50,965 nucleotides of DNA from Euryarchaeota archaeon UBA136 (GTDB taxonomy: Archaea > Thermoplasmatota > Poseidoniia > MGIII > CG-Epi1), in contig DAXQ01000076.1 of assembly GCA_002506485.1 (NCBI GenBank), positions 1 to 50,965 of the forward strand, given 5' to 3'. How positions within the stretch are numbered: position 1 is the first letter of the stretch; each line of letters opens with the position of its first letter. This document shows positions 8,899 to 17,520 of the stretch, piece after piece. A model generated the notes under the pieces. That model was not told where the DNA came from. It was given only the letters and a program-made list of their open reading frames with translations, and made no database searches. Position numbers and translations under genes: made by a program.

Positions 8899-9972
8899 TT
8901 TAGATTTGAAGATATTAGTGAATTGCCTGCCTTTTCTTCTTTTGTCCCTTAATTTCTGGCGTACGTATCCAACTAATAATGGAAAGTATACCGTGGCCTC
9001 ACCCCAAACCATCACTTCCTCTATCTCCTTGTCGTTTTTGCCCCATGAAATCGCCTCTTTAAGAGTAGAACCAGACAAGCCCCCATCTCTTACATCAGCC
9101 GTACTTATCTGTATTCCAAATTTGTGTTTATCAACCTCATAACCTAACATTTCAGCCGCCACTACAGCATCCTGTGAATAATTTTTTGGAACTCCACCCC
9201 CAACGACAATAATTCCTGTATCTCCACATTTACTTTTGAGGTATGCCAATTCTCTAAGGTCTTTGATTGAGTCTATACTCATCGTGTTGTGTTCTTCATT
9301 TTGGTGCATGGCCAATCCAATTCCTATTGAAGAATCATTGATGGCAGGAATAAAGATTGGGACTTTCCTCTCGTATGCCGCTTGCATCACACTATCTGTT
9401 ACTCCTTGCGTATTTGATATCCATCTGCCAGCAAATTCCATGAATTCCCTGCTAGAATAGTGACCTTCAGGCATCTCAGCAGCGATCTTCTTGAATGTTA
9501 GATCTACCTGTCTAAGCCCCATTTCATCCAGCAGGTGATCATATACACGATCTATTCCCAATGATTGTAATTCCAGATCATCTTGCTCTGGACCACAAAC
9601 ATAATGTTTGTGTCCTAAGGCTTCCAGCATATCCTGCTCGAACAAGGCTCCCGTACAGACCAAAACGTCAACTAAATTATTTCGAATGGCATCAATGGTT
9701 ATCTGTCTGAGCCCCGCTCCAAATAAACTCCCAGCCAGTGACCATATAATCCCAGTTGGGGAGAGGGATTGTTTGTAATATAAATGTGAAGCCAGGCCTA
9801 GATTCCTGGCCTGGAAACTGGATTTAGCATAGGCATCAATCAAATCTGTTAAGTCTCTAGATTCGCTAATTATTATCTGTTGGACTTCTTTGGACATCAA
9901 TTCTCTCTTTCTTTGGAGTTCGGGTGTTGTAAGCTCAATAGTTGGCAACTCAGGTGTTTTATTTTTTTTCAA
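8896..9972 (-). CDS. dys: deoxyhypusine synthase
   Basis: 358 aa. DHS-family blocks are present (GAGLRQ, CTGALFEQD, IPAINDSSIG, GGGVPKN, ISWGK). There is a 4-nt overlap with the upstream PIN gene. Confidence 0.9.
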   Translation of the reverse strand: MKKNKTPELPTIELTTPELQRKRELMSKEVQQIIISESRDLTDLIDAYAKSSFQARNLGLASHLYYKQSLSPTGIIWSLAGSLFGAGLRQITIDAIRNNLVDVLVCTGALFEQDMLEALGHKHYVCGPEQDDLELQSLGIDRVYDHLLDEMGLRQVDLTFKKIAAEMPEGHYSSREFMEFAGRWISNTQGVTDSVMQAAYERKVPIFIPAINDSSIGIGLAMHQNEEHNTMSIDSIKDLRELAYLKSKCGDTGIIVVGGGVPKNYSQDAVVAAEMLGYEVDKHKFGIQISTADVRDGGLSGSTLKEAISWGKNDKEIEEVMVWGEATVYFPLLVGYVRQKLRDKRRKGRQFTNIFKSK

Positions 9973-10337
9973 ATTAATTCACTTTCCGTTGGGATGAGCC
10001 GAGTCTTTCCTCTTATCCTTAAGGCATTGAGGGATCTCTTTTCTAGTTCTTCAAGCAAACCCTTGTCATTGGTTGCTATAACATAGCCACTTGCAGAGGC
10101 AGATATGAGCATTTTGTCAGCATATCCTTTCCCAATATCAATAACATCCAGTGTTTTACAATACTCCAGGGCTGTCTTGGCTTGTTTAGTCCCTAACTTC
10201 TCAAGTTCAGTGATAACGCAGCTGGGTACAGCTACATCGTAACCTGGTGCAACTTCTGCGATAGCATTCCTAAAATCAGCCCCTCCACTAAAAGTCCATA
10301 ATATGAGATTGGTATCAACTAAAACAGTCTTCATCAA
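9969..10337 (-). CDS. PIN-domain nuclease (Fcf1/VapC-like) of the conserved aIF2-gamma operon
   Basis: 122 aa. The start MKTVLVDTNLIL carries the PIN acidic residue, and later residues lie in TNDKGL. There is a 4-nt overlap with aIF2-gamma. Confidence 0.75.
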   Translation of the reverse strand: MMKTVLVDTNLILWTFSGGADFRNAIAEVAPGYDVAVPSCVITELEKLGTKQAKTALEYCKTLDVIDIGKGYADKMLISASASGYVIATNDKGLLEELEKRSLNALRIRGKTRLIPTESELI

Positions 10338-11554
10338 TTAATAATTCCATATCCTATCAAGTGCCATTTTCCATCCACCTGCCGACTTAAGGCAATTCGC
10401 TGTCCTACAGGTGCGCAAACAGGAATTGAAAGTTTTATGTCTACAATATTGTCCTTGACAGTGACAGGAACACCAACTGTAGTACTCGTACCTACTGTGA
10501 TTACCAGTGGTTCTTTGGTTTTTAATTCTTCGACATCTTGAATATTCTTTGTACCTACCACTCTATCAAGCAAGGTCGTTTCGACTTTTAAGCGGTCCCA
10601 GACTGGTGGCAGGCTGCCTGGTTTTCCAATTACGTTTCCTAATAGGGAGTCTGATTTTGTCATGGCAGGGTCCAGACTAGTACCTATTGCCACCAGTCCA
10701 CCGGGACCCAGATTCTGCCTTGAGATCCCACTATGTAGACTCACAACTTCAGCGCTTATTGGTTTTAGTCCTTTTTTTGTAGTTCTGCCTGGCCTGATTT
10801 CTAATTTATCCCCAATTTTAACTAGTCCGCTACTAATGGTACCACCTAACACCCCTCCTTTGATATTCTTCGGAACTGTGCCGGGTTTATTTATGTCAAA
10901 TGATCGGGCAATATTCATCTGAAAATCGTTATTAAGATCTTTTTTCGGGGTAGGGAATAATTCTTCTATGGCCTGTATAAGTAAATCTATGTTTCTATTA
11001 TGATGGGCAGATACGGGAATAATGGGTGCATCTTCTAGCTGCGTTCCTTTCAAGAATTTTTTAATTTCCTCATAGGATTCCATTGCACTTTCTTTAGAGC
11101 AAACGTCAATTTTATTCTGGACAATAATGATGTTGTTAAAACCCATTACCTCAAGGGCCGAAAGATGTTCCCTAGTCTGTGGTTGTGGACATTTCTCATT
11201 AGCAGCGATTATCAATATCGCAGCATCCATTATTGCAGCTCCACTCAACATTTTGGCCATAAGGGTCTCGTGACCAGGTGCATCTACGAAGCTGACCGTT
11301 CTAAGATGCTCTAATTTTCCTCCCTTGTATTCTTTTTTATCTGGTTCTGAAGTATAATGTTTTCCACCTTTCTTCATTGTAACCCGATAAAAATCTGCGT
11401 CTGCATAACCTAGTTTTATCGATATTCCTCTTTTCATTTCCTCGCTGTGCTGGTCCGTCCACTTTCCAGTCAAAGCCTGAGTCAAGGTGGTCTTTCCATG
11501 GTCTACATGGCCTACCATTCCGATATTTATTTCGGGTTGGGAAACCGCTGTCAA
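10334..11554 (-). CDS. eif2g: translation initiation factor aIF-2 gamma subunit
   Basis: 406 aa. GTPase motifs GHVDHGKTT, DAPGH and NKID are present, with a three-domain EF-Tu-like length. Confidence 0.95.
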   Translation of the reverse strand: MTAVSQPEINIGMVGHVDHGKTTLTQALTGKWTDQHSEEMKRGISIKLGYADADFYRVTMKKGGKHYTSEPDKKEYKGGKLEHLRTVSFVDAPGHETLMAKMLSGAAIMDAAILIIAANEKCPQPQTREHLSALEVMGFNNIIIVQNKIDVCSKESAMESYEEIKKFLKGTQLEDAPIIPVSAHHNRNIDLLIQAIEELFPTPKKDLNNDFQMNIARSFDINKPGTVPKNIKGGVLGGTISSGLVKIGDKLEIRPGRTTKKGLKPISAEVVSLHSGISRQNLGPGGLVAIGTSLDPAMTKSDSLLGNVIGKPGSLPPVWDRLKVETTLLDRVVGTKNIQDVEELKTKEPLVITVGTSTTVGVPVTVKDNIVDIKLSIPVCAPVGQRIALSRQVDGKWHLIGYGIIN

Positions 11555-11556
11555 GG

Positions 11557-11946
11557 CTAAGCCACCTCTGCTTTCAACAACTCCTCTATGGATTTTGGCC
11601 CGTATTCAATTACTTTCAGATTTATTTGTGATATATCTCCGCTTAGGTTCTTTCCTCTAATTAGTTTACGTTTACGTTGTCCGTCCTTGACGGGTGTAAA
11701 ACCAACCGAGTCAGTCATGAGCAATCTTCTTCTCTGATTTCCACTAATATCTCCCCTCATAGGAACTCCAGATTCATCAGATCCACCTGTGATTTTTAAA
11801 CGATAACCAGGTAAATCAAGAAATATTCCATCGATTTCTTCCCCAATACCTTTGCCCACTAGAGCATTAGATTTTTCTTCCGAAAGAACCTTTTGATAAG
11901 CCATTTTGCCTTTAGGATCTGCTATTACGGTTTTGAACTCAGCCAT
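11557..11946 (-). CDS. rps6e: 30S ribosomal protein S6e
   Basis: 129 aa. eS6 blocks are present: LKITGGSDESGVPMR and RKRKLIRG. The minus strand reads AAGGTGAT (SD-like) just upstream of the ATG. Confidence 0.92.
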   Translation of the reverse strand: MAEFKTVIADPKGKMAYQKVLSEEKSNALVGKGIGEEIDGIFLDLPGYRLKITGGSDESGVPMRGDISGNQRRRLLMTDSVGFTPVKDGQRKRKLIRGKNLSGDISQINLKVIEYGPKSIEELLKAEVA

Positions 11947-12041
11947 ATATCACCTTAGAGGTAGATTTGGCGTCATAAATGCTAATATTTAAAGAATAGT
12001 GCGAAAGTAACAATTAAATACTCGATAAGTGAGTCTATTCT

Positions 12042-13133
12042 ATGGGATTGCTGATTATTGCTATAGACCGGGACAACGATTTGGGTCGAAAGACTGGAAT
12101 CAGAAGTCCAGTTATTGGTAGGGCAGCCAATGTAAAAGCAGCATTGGAACTTGGTTTGGCAGATCCCGAAGAAAGCGATACCAACACTATGTTAGCAGCG
12201 ATTCAAACCTACGACCAATTGTTGAAGGATGATAAGGCAGTTGAAGTAGTAACTATTTGTGGTGATGTTAGGGTAGGAACAAAGTCGGATATGAAGATAG
12301 CCAACATCTTAGACCAAGTTATCGCTAAAACTAAGGCAACCAATGCTATATTGGTAAGTGATGGGGCTGAGGATCTTGAATTGGAACCGATAATCCGCTC
12401 ACGTCTACGCATAGATTCAACCAAGAAGGTTGTAGTACAACAATCTAGACCAATAGAGGATACCTTGTATACAATTGTTCATAAGATGGAGGATCCAAAA
12501 ATTCAGAGGCAATTCATCTTTCCAATAGCTCTGGTCGCGTTTGTTTACGGATTACTGACCTGGTTTGGTCTTTCGGATATTGCTTCAGGCGCTATATGGG
12601 TTGTTTTAGGTGGATATATGTTGGTGAAAGTAGCTGGCTGGGAGGAAGGTTTCAGGAGTTTCTATACCGAACTTCTAACCGTTACAAGTGAGCGTGTTTC
12701 TTTCTATTCTTATGCTTGGCTAATTGCAGCCTTACTGATGATAGTAGGAATTACTAGAGGATTGGACCAGATGCAGGAAGTCTCAGCAGAGGGGCCTCTG
12801 GCTATGGTACTGGCATTTTTGTCTCTAGATGGAGTTCTTCTTCTTCTTCTGGGTGCAGTGGTTGTTATTGAAGTTTCACGAACTGTTGATGGTTATCTGC
12901 GAGATGGTGTTTTCAACATAAACATAGTAAGATTCATCTTTACGGTAGCCAGTATGGGATTGATTACTGCAGGTATAATAGAGATAGTTAATGATCTATT
13001 TGTACAGAATAACTTCGATGCTAATAATGTTCAATATATCCTATCAGGTATCATTTTGTCTTTTATCGGTCTTTTAGTGCATGATAGTATCCGCGAGCGG
13101 GTCGAAGAAAACCCCTTGGCCACTGACGAATAA
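12042..13133 (+). CDS. DUF373 family archaeal membrane protein
   Basis: 363 aa. A soluble N-domain (IAIDRDNDLGRKTGI...DTNTMLAAI) is followed by about 6 TM helices, as I remember for DUF373. Confidence 0.6.
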   Translation: MGLLIIAIDRDNDLGRKTGIRSPVIGRAANVKAALELGLADPEESDTNTMLAAIQTYDQLLKDDKAVEVVTICGDVRVGTKSDMKIANILDQVIAKTKATNAILVSDGAEDLELEPIIRSRLRIDSTKKVVVQQSRPIEDTLYTIVHKMEDPKIQRQFIFPIALVAFVYGLLTWFGLSDIASGAIWVVLGGYMLVKVAGWEEGFRSFYTELLTVTSERVSFYSYAWLIAALLMIVGITRGLDQMQEVSAEGPLAMVLAFLSLDGVLLLLLGAVVVIEVSRTVDGYLRDGVFNINIVRFIFTVASMGLITAGIIEIVNDLFVQNNFDANNVQYILSGIILSFIGLLVHDSIRERVEENPLATDE

Positions 13134-13143
13134 GATTTTCTAA

Positions 13144-13662
13144 ATGAGTCAATTTCATGTATTAAGAATTGGCCACCGGCCTGAACGTGATAAAAGGATT
13201 ACAACACATGTAGCCCTAACTTCCAGGGCCTTTGGAGCTTCTAGGATGTATTTATCCAAACCAGACAGTAGGGTAGTCACGACTATCGATGAGGTTGTCG
13301 CAAAATTTGGTGGGAATTTCGAGATCGAACCACTTTCCAATCCCAGAAAATTTGCTAAAAACTGGGAAGGCCAGATCGTTCATTTGACTATGTTCGGTCT
13401 TCCTCTTGAGGACTTTGAGGATAAATTGAGGAAAGAGCAATCTCCAATATTATTTATTGTTGGGGCTGAAAAGGTGCCTCCTTGGACTTTTGAATATGCA
13501 GATTACAATATATCAATAGGAAATCAGCCTCATTCTGAAGTATCGGCCCTAGCAATCTCTTTATCTCGTTTAAATGAAAATTATGTGGATCAGAAATTTG
13601 GAGGTCCTTTGCAGGTCATCCCTTCTGGTGATCACCGCAAGATGATTGATACTAGCCGTTAA
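13144..13662 (+). CDS. trm56: tRNA (cytidine56-2'-O)-methyltransferase aTrm56
   Basis: 172 aa. Blocks are near-identical to the Pyrococcus aTrm56 blocks I remember: VLRIGHRPERDKRITTHVALTSRAFGA, HLTMFGL, IVGAEKVP and DYNISIGNQPHSEVSALA. Confidence 0.92.
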   Translation: MSQFHVLRIGHRPERDKRITTHVALTSRAFGASRMYLSKPDSRVVTTIDEVVAKFGGNFEIEPLSNPRKFAKNWEGQIVHLTMFGLPLEDFEDKLRKEQSPILFIVGAEKVPPWTFEYADYNISIGNQPHSEVSALAISLSRLNENYVDQKFGGPLQVIPSGDHRKMIDTSR

Positions 13663-15095
13663 TCAAACGCTTCGGTTTTCCATTTAGTCTCAATTTTATT
13701 ATAGAAGAAAATACTCATCAAAGACAAAAACCCACATATTGTGGCCAATGCTATCAATATCACTGAGGGTTTGTGATTTATGGTTAGGCTCAGAATCGTC
13801 ATCGCAATCATGGGTGGAACAGATACTAAGAAAAATTTGATGAATATAATTGCGTCAAACAGAGCGGAATTGGTTCTTAGTCCTGTAGTCCATGCAGTAT
13901 AATTCACAATATATATTCCAACTGCTATCATGACCACTATTCCCATCGGGAGTAGATTCATTTCGGAACTCATGTAGGCGATTAGGGTCATAAACAAGAG
14001 AGGAATCCACCAGGTAATTGTTAAAAACAAAACCAGTCGAGCTCGTATAACATCTGAAACAGTTACCGGCAATGTTGAGTAGAAATTAGGATTATCAATG
14101 GTATTCAGCCATGAATAAAGCATAGTTCCGAAAAATCCAATCATGACTCCATAGAAAATTGTGTTGAAGTCGATTTGAACTGGAAGCCCCCTATCGATAA
14201 ACCAGTTCATGAATGTCAAAATGCCTAATGGAAATGCAAAAGAAAAAAACATTTTGGTTCCGGTCTGGCTTCTCTGTAGATCGATTCTTTCCTTGGACAC
14301 GATCACAGGTGTTGACATCCATTTTGTCCACTCGAATTTTTTTGTATATTCGGCAAGTCGCTCTTTGTATCCAATTTTCTGCATAACTTTTGGTTCATAG
14401 CCCTCCTGAACAAAAATTGTAGCTATAACTGACATAAGTATAGGAATAATAATTGTAACGAATAGCATTTCAATGCTTCCATTCAGGTACCAGTCTAATC
14501 CAGGCGTTATCTGGAAATTTCTGAACATAAATCCGTATGTCAGAATTGAAAGAAGACCTCCTGAGACAGCTATGGGCAAAGAGATACGGTACAGACTAGA
14601 AGTAAGATAAGCGAAAGATAGGCCAGTAGTAAAAGAAAAAAAGAGCGATAATCCAAATATTGTTACACTTGTCAAATCCAGGCCATTTGAATATGCACCT
14701 ATCAAAGCTCCAATTAATGCAGGTAATAAAGTGAAGATCGAATAAAATATTATTTCTTTAATAAAATATAACAGTGTCATCCTCCTTTGACTTACTGGTT
14801 GTGTAGAAGGCAGGCCAATAATCAAGCCTAGATATCCAAAGATTCGCTCTAGGAAATCATTGCCAAAAAAGGCCAAGAAACCTGTAAAGACGCCATAAAA
14901 TAGAATAGAAATGTGGCACGACTCAAGGAAGGCTGCATATCCCATATCCTTGATTATCTCATCCGAGAAGAGGACTGCAAGAAGTCCGGCTAGAACAACT
15001 AAAACGGGAAAAGAATAGAATCCTTTACCGCTAGCGAAACTGGTGTTCAATCTTATTTCTTCCAGTAGCATTTTGTGGATTATTAACGTGTTCAT
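13659..15095 (-). CDS. ABC exporter permease (about 12 TM, internally duplicated)
   Basis: 478 aa, very hydrophobic. Two 6-TM halves are separated by a basic loop. There is a 4-nt overlap with the upstream ATPase gene. Confidence 0.6.
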   Translation of the reverse strand: MNTLIIHKMLLEEIRLNTSFASGKGFYSFPVLVVLAGLLAVLFSDEIIKDMGYAAFLESCHISILFYGVFTGFLAFFGNDFLERIFGYLGLIIGLPSTQPVSQRRMTLLYFIKEIIFYSIFTLLPALIGALIGAYSNGLDLTSVTIFGLSLFFSFTTGLSFAYLTSSLYRISLPIAVSGGLLSILTYGFMFRNFQITPGLDWYLNGSIEMLFVTIIIPILMSVIATIFVQEGYEPKVMQKIGYKERLAEYTKKFEWTKWMSTPVIVSKERIDLQRSQTGTKMFFSFAFPLGILTFMNWFIDRGLPVQIDFNTIFYGVMIGFFGTMLYSWLNTIDNPNFYSTLPVTVSDVIRARLVLFLTITWWIPLLFMTLIAYMSSEMNLLPMGIVVMIAVGIYIVNYTAWTTGLRTNSALFDAIIFIKFFLVSVPPMIAMTILSLTINHKPSVILIALATICGFLSLMSIFFYNKIETKWKTEAFD

Positions 15096-15793
15096 AGTAC
15101 TATTTCATGAAACAATTCTTCCAGATTCATTTTTTGTTGGTCTAATTTTTCTAATGAGATAAGGGATTGTATCTTTCCCTCATGAATTATAGCTGCCCGA
15201 TCACAGAGTCTTTGTGCACTCTCAAGCAAGTGCGTATTGAGAAATACAGTTCCTCCCTCTTTTACAAAGCCTACCAACCAGTCTCTGACTTTTGTCTGTA
15301 CAATGGGGTCCAGATTTATGAATGGTTCATCCAAGAAAAGAAGCTCGGTCTGGGAAATAAATGCCGCCGCCAGCATCACTTTTTGGCGCTGTCCTCTAGA
15401 TAGATTACGGCAAACCCGTCCTTCTAGGGGTTCCATTTCAAAGAATTCTATCCACCACTCTATGTCCGGATTCTCAATTTCTCTAATGGCTACTACCATT
15501 TCCAATACTTCCCTGGGTGTTAGAAAACTGGGTGGTGATTCTTGCTCCGGTACAATCCCTATCTTTCTCTTTACACCCAGTATGTCTTTTTCGACATTTA
15601 GTCCCAAAACTTCTGCGTTTCCTTCTGTTGCTCTTATTTGTCCAGTCAGTATCTTCAGTAAGGTGGTCTTTCCAGCTCCATTAGGTCCTAGAAGTCCAAA
15701 AAATTCACCTTTTTCAACATTGAGATCGACACCATTGAGTGCCAGCACATCATCGTACCTTTTTGACAGTGCTTTACAAGATATTACAGACAT
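15092..15793 (-). CDS. ABC transporter ATP-binding protein
   Basis: 233 aa. It has Walker A GPNGAGKTT, signature LSRGQRQK and Walker B LLFLDEP. Confidence 0.93.
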   Translation of the reverse strand: MSVISCKALSKRYDDVLALNGVDLNVEKGEFFGLLGPNGAGKTTLLKILTGQIRATEGNAEVLGLNVEKDILGVKRKIGIVPEQESPPSFLTPREVLEMVVAIREIENPDIEWWIEFFEMEPLEGRVCRNLSRGQRQKVMLAAAFISQTELLFLDEPFINLDPIVQTKVRDWLVGFVKEGGTVFLNTHLLESAQRLCDRAAIIHEGKIQSLISLEKLDQQKMNLEELFHEIVL

Positions 15794-15801
15794 TTAACGT
15801 C

Positions 15802-16284
15802 TTATCGGAACATTCCTTTTATGGTCTTTTTGATGATGCCTTCATCTTTTTTGTCGATTTTAGGTTCATTATCATCCTTGCCGAACACTGTATTTCTCAA
15901 GGTGAACATAGCAGTATCATACCCCAATGAATCTCTACCAACCAATCTTACAGGCAATGGTAAAATTTCCCAAGTTCGATCCACAAACATCCCATATTTC
16001 GAGTCATCGCTGATATAAGAGGAACCTTTCTTTCCCACCTTTTTCATCGAACGTACAACTATCTTTGTGGCTAGAGATATAACAACTGAATCAATCGCTC
16101 CTTTGGCCATTTTACCAGCTGAGGACGCCGCATCCGAAGCTGTTTTTACAGCACCTGTAGCTAGATCAGAGGCACTTTCTCCTATGTTTTTAGCCTGGTC
16201 AGCTACCTTGCTGCCAACACTGGTGGTCACGTCTTTAACTTCCGATGCCTTTTCTTCAGCTTTCTTTTTGATATCTTTGAACAT
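15802..16284 (-). CDS. hypothetical protein with N-terminal 11-residue amphipathic repeats
   Basis: 160 aa and the first gene of the ABC operon (8-nt gap). Residues about 12-66 form Ala/Lys/Ser-rich 11-mers (GSKVADQAKNI / GESASDLATGA / VKTASDAASSA / GKMAKGAIDSV). The C-terminal about 80 aa are unrecognised. Confidence 0.55.
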   Translation of the reverse strand: MFKDIKKKAEEKASEVKDVTTSVGSKVADQAKNIGESASDLATGAVKTASDAASSAGKMAKGAIDSVVISLATKIVVRSMKKVGKKGSSYISDDSKYGMFVDRTWEILPLPVRLVGRDSLGYDTAMFTLRNTVFGKDDNEPKIDKKDEGIIKKTIKGMFR

Positions 16285-16302
16285 TATGCCGCATGACCAA
16301 TT

Positions 16303-16315
16303 CTATTATTAAATG
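16303..16315 (+). promoter_or_regulatory. TATA-like element for tRNA-Leu
   Basis: CTATTATTAAATG is centred about 28 nt upstream of the mature tRNA 5' end (16337). Confidence 0.4.
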
Positions 16316-16336
16316 TGCGGTTCAGAGGTGTTTGTA

Positions 16337-16423
16337 GCGGGGGTCGCATAGCCAGGCCAATTGCGCTGGGTTTAGGTCCCAGTCCTTAGTGGTACGTGGG
16401 TTCAAATCCCTCCCCCCGCACCA
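16337..16423 (+). tRNA. tRNA-Leu (anticodon UAG), class II with long variable arm, CCA encoded
   Basis: I folded this by hand. The acceptor is GCGGGGG/CCCCCGC, the anticodon stem is CTGGG/CCCAG with loop TTTAGGT, the T-loop is TTCAAAT, the discriminator is A and CCA is genomic. There is one T-T mismatch in the T-stem. Confidence 0.88.
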
Positions 16424-16450
16424 TTTATATGTATCCGATTCTGGTAATTT

Positions 16451-16570
16451 ATGACAGAGGATGATTCACATCCCAAAAAGAAAAGGGTGACTAAGGGAGA
16501 CAAAAAGGCAAAGAAGAATTTTAGTCGTTACAAGAAAGGTGGTCCCAAGAAGAAAAGGGTCAAATTATGA
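16451..16570 (+). CDS. hypothetical 39-aa lysine-rich peptide (below the ORF-track cutoff)
   Basis: My translation is MTEDDSHPKKKRVTKGDKKAKKNFSRYKKGGPKKKRVKL. The stop TGA (16568-16570) overlaps the ROK kinase ATG (16567) as ATGA. Confidence 0.3.
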   Translation: MTEDDSHPKKKRVTKGDKKAKKNFSRYKKGGPKKKRVKL

Positions 16571-17433
16571 CTTTATTGATTGGAGGTGTCGAGTTAGGTG
16601 GTACAAAGTGCGTTCTGGCTGTCGCTAAAAGTCCAATTGATATACTCTATCGGGCAGTAATCCCTACTGGGAATCCACAAAAGACACTTCAGGGTATTTT
16701 TGATTTTTTTAGTGGTTATGAACTGAATAGGATAGGTATTGGGACCTTTGGTCCAGTCATTCTGGATTCCGAATCAAAGAATTATGGTTTGTTGATATCT
16801 GAAAGTAAGAAAGGTTGGAAAGGAATAAATCTCTTTAAAGAGTTCTCGAGCAATTCCAAAGCAAAAATCAATATTGATACTGATGTTAATGCTGCAGCCA
16901 TTGGGGAGTATAACTATGGGGCTGGACGGTCTTGTCAGGCCTTAATTTACATCACAATTGGTACTGGAATCGGAGGAGGTGTGTTAGTAGATGGAAAGTC
17001 ATATACTGGTAATTTCCATTTGGAAATGGGTCATATACAGGTCCCAAATCCAGATAATTTTGAGGGAGTTTGTAGAATTCACGGAGATTGCTGGGAAGGC
17101 CTTGCAAGCGGCCCTTCAATAGAAGCAAGATGGGGTGTTTCACCCTTGGAACTTCCTGAATCACATCAGGCATGGGAAAAAGAAGCCGAACTGTTAGCTA
17201 GTGGAATAGTGTCCATAATAGCTAATCATTCACCAGACAGAGTCATATTGGGCGGAGGTGTAATGAAACAGAAGCATTTGTTTTCAATGATTCGCTCTAA
17301 AGTTGGTGAAATGTGGAATGATTATACGCCTTTAGCTTCACCATCTGAATTAATTGTTGAGCCTGGTTTAGGTAGTGATTCTGGTATTATTGGAGCTTTG
17401 GTTTTAGGAATTGGTGGGCCCGCCCAGATTTGA
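16567..17433 (+). CDS. ROK family sugar kinase (glucokinase/fructokinase-like)
   Basis: 288 aa. It has the N-terminal GGTK phosphate loop, the ROK motif GTGIGGGV and the Zn site HLEMGH...CRIHGDCWE. Confidence 0.88.
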   Translation: MTLLIGGVELGGTKCVLAVAKSPIDILYRAVIPTGNPQKTLQGIFDFFSGYELNRIGIGTFGPVILDSESKNYGLLISESKKGWKGINLFKEFSSNSKAKINIDTDVNAAAIGEYNYGAGRSCQALIYITIGTGIGGGVLVDGKSYTGNFHLEMGHIQVPNPDNFEGVCRIHGDCWEGLASGPSIEARWGVSPLELPESHQAWEKEAELLASGIVSIIANHSPDRVILGGGVMKQKHLFSMIRSKVGEMWNDYTPLASPSELIVEPGLGSDSGIIGALVLGIGGPAQI

Positions 17434-17487
17434 ACTGGAGTCTATACCACCCCAAGGTACAAGGATGCCAAGCTACCCCACGGGCCC
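17412..17487 (-). tRNA. tRNA-Pro (anticodon GGG), CCA encoded
   Basis: The reverse complement folds by hand. The acceptor is GGGCCCG/CGGGCCC, the anticodon stem is GTACC/GGTAT with loop TTGGGGT, and the T-arm is TCCAG-TTCAAAT-CTGGG. Confidence 0.9.
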
Positions 17488-17520
17488 TATAGTGTGGTTA
17501 CAGTAACCTTTCTTAAAAAA
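17488..17520 (-). promoter_or_regulatory. T-run terminator after rpoN that doubles as a TATA-like tRNA-Pro promoter, with a GGTTAC-N-GTAACC palindrome
   Basis: The minus strand reads TGA-TTTTTTAAGAAAGGTTACTGTAACCACACTATA and is then followed by the tRNA 5' end. The TTTTTTAAGAAA element lies about 22-33 nt upstream of position 17487. Confidence 0.4.
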
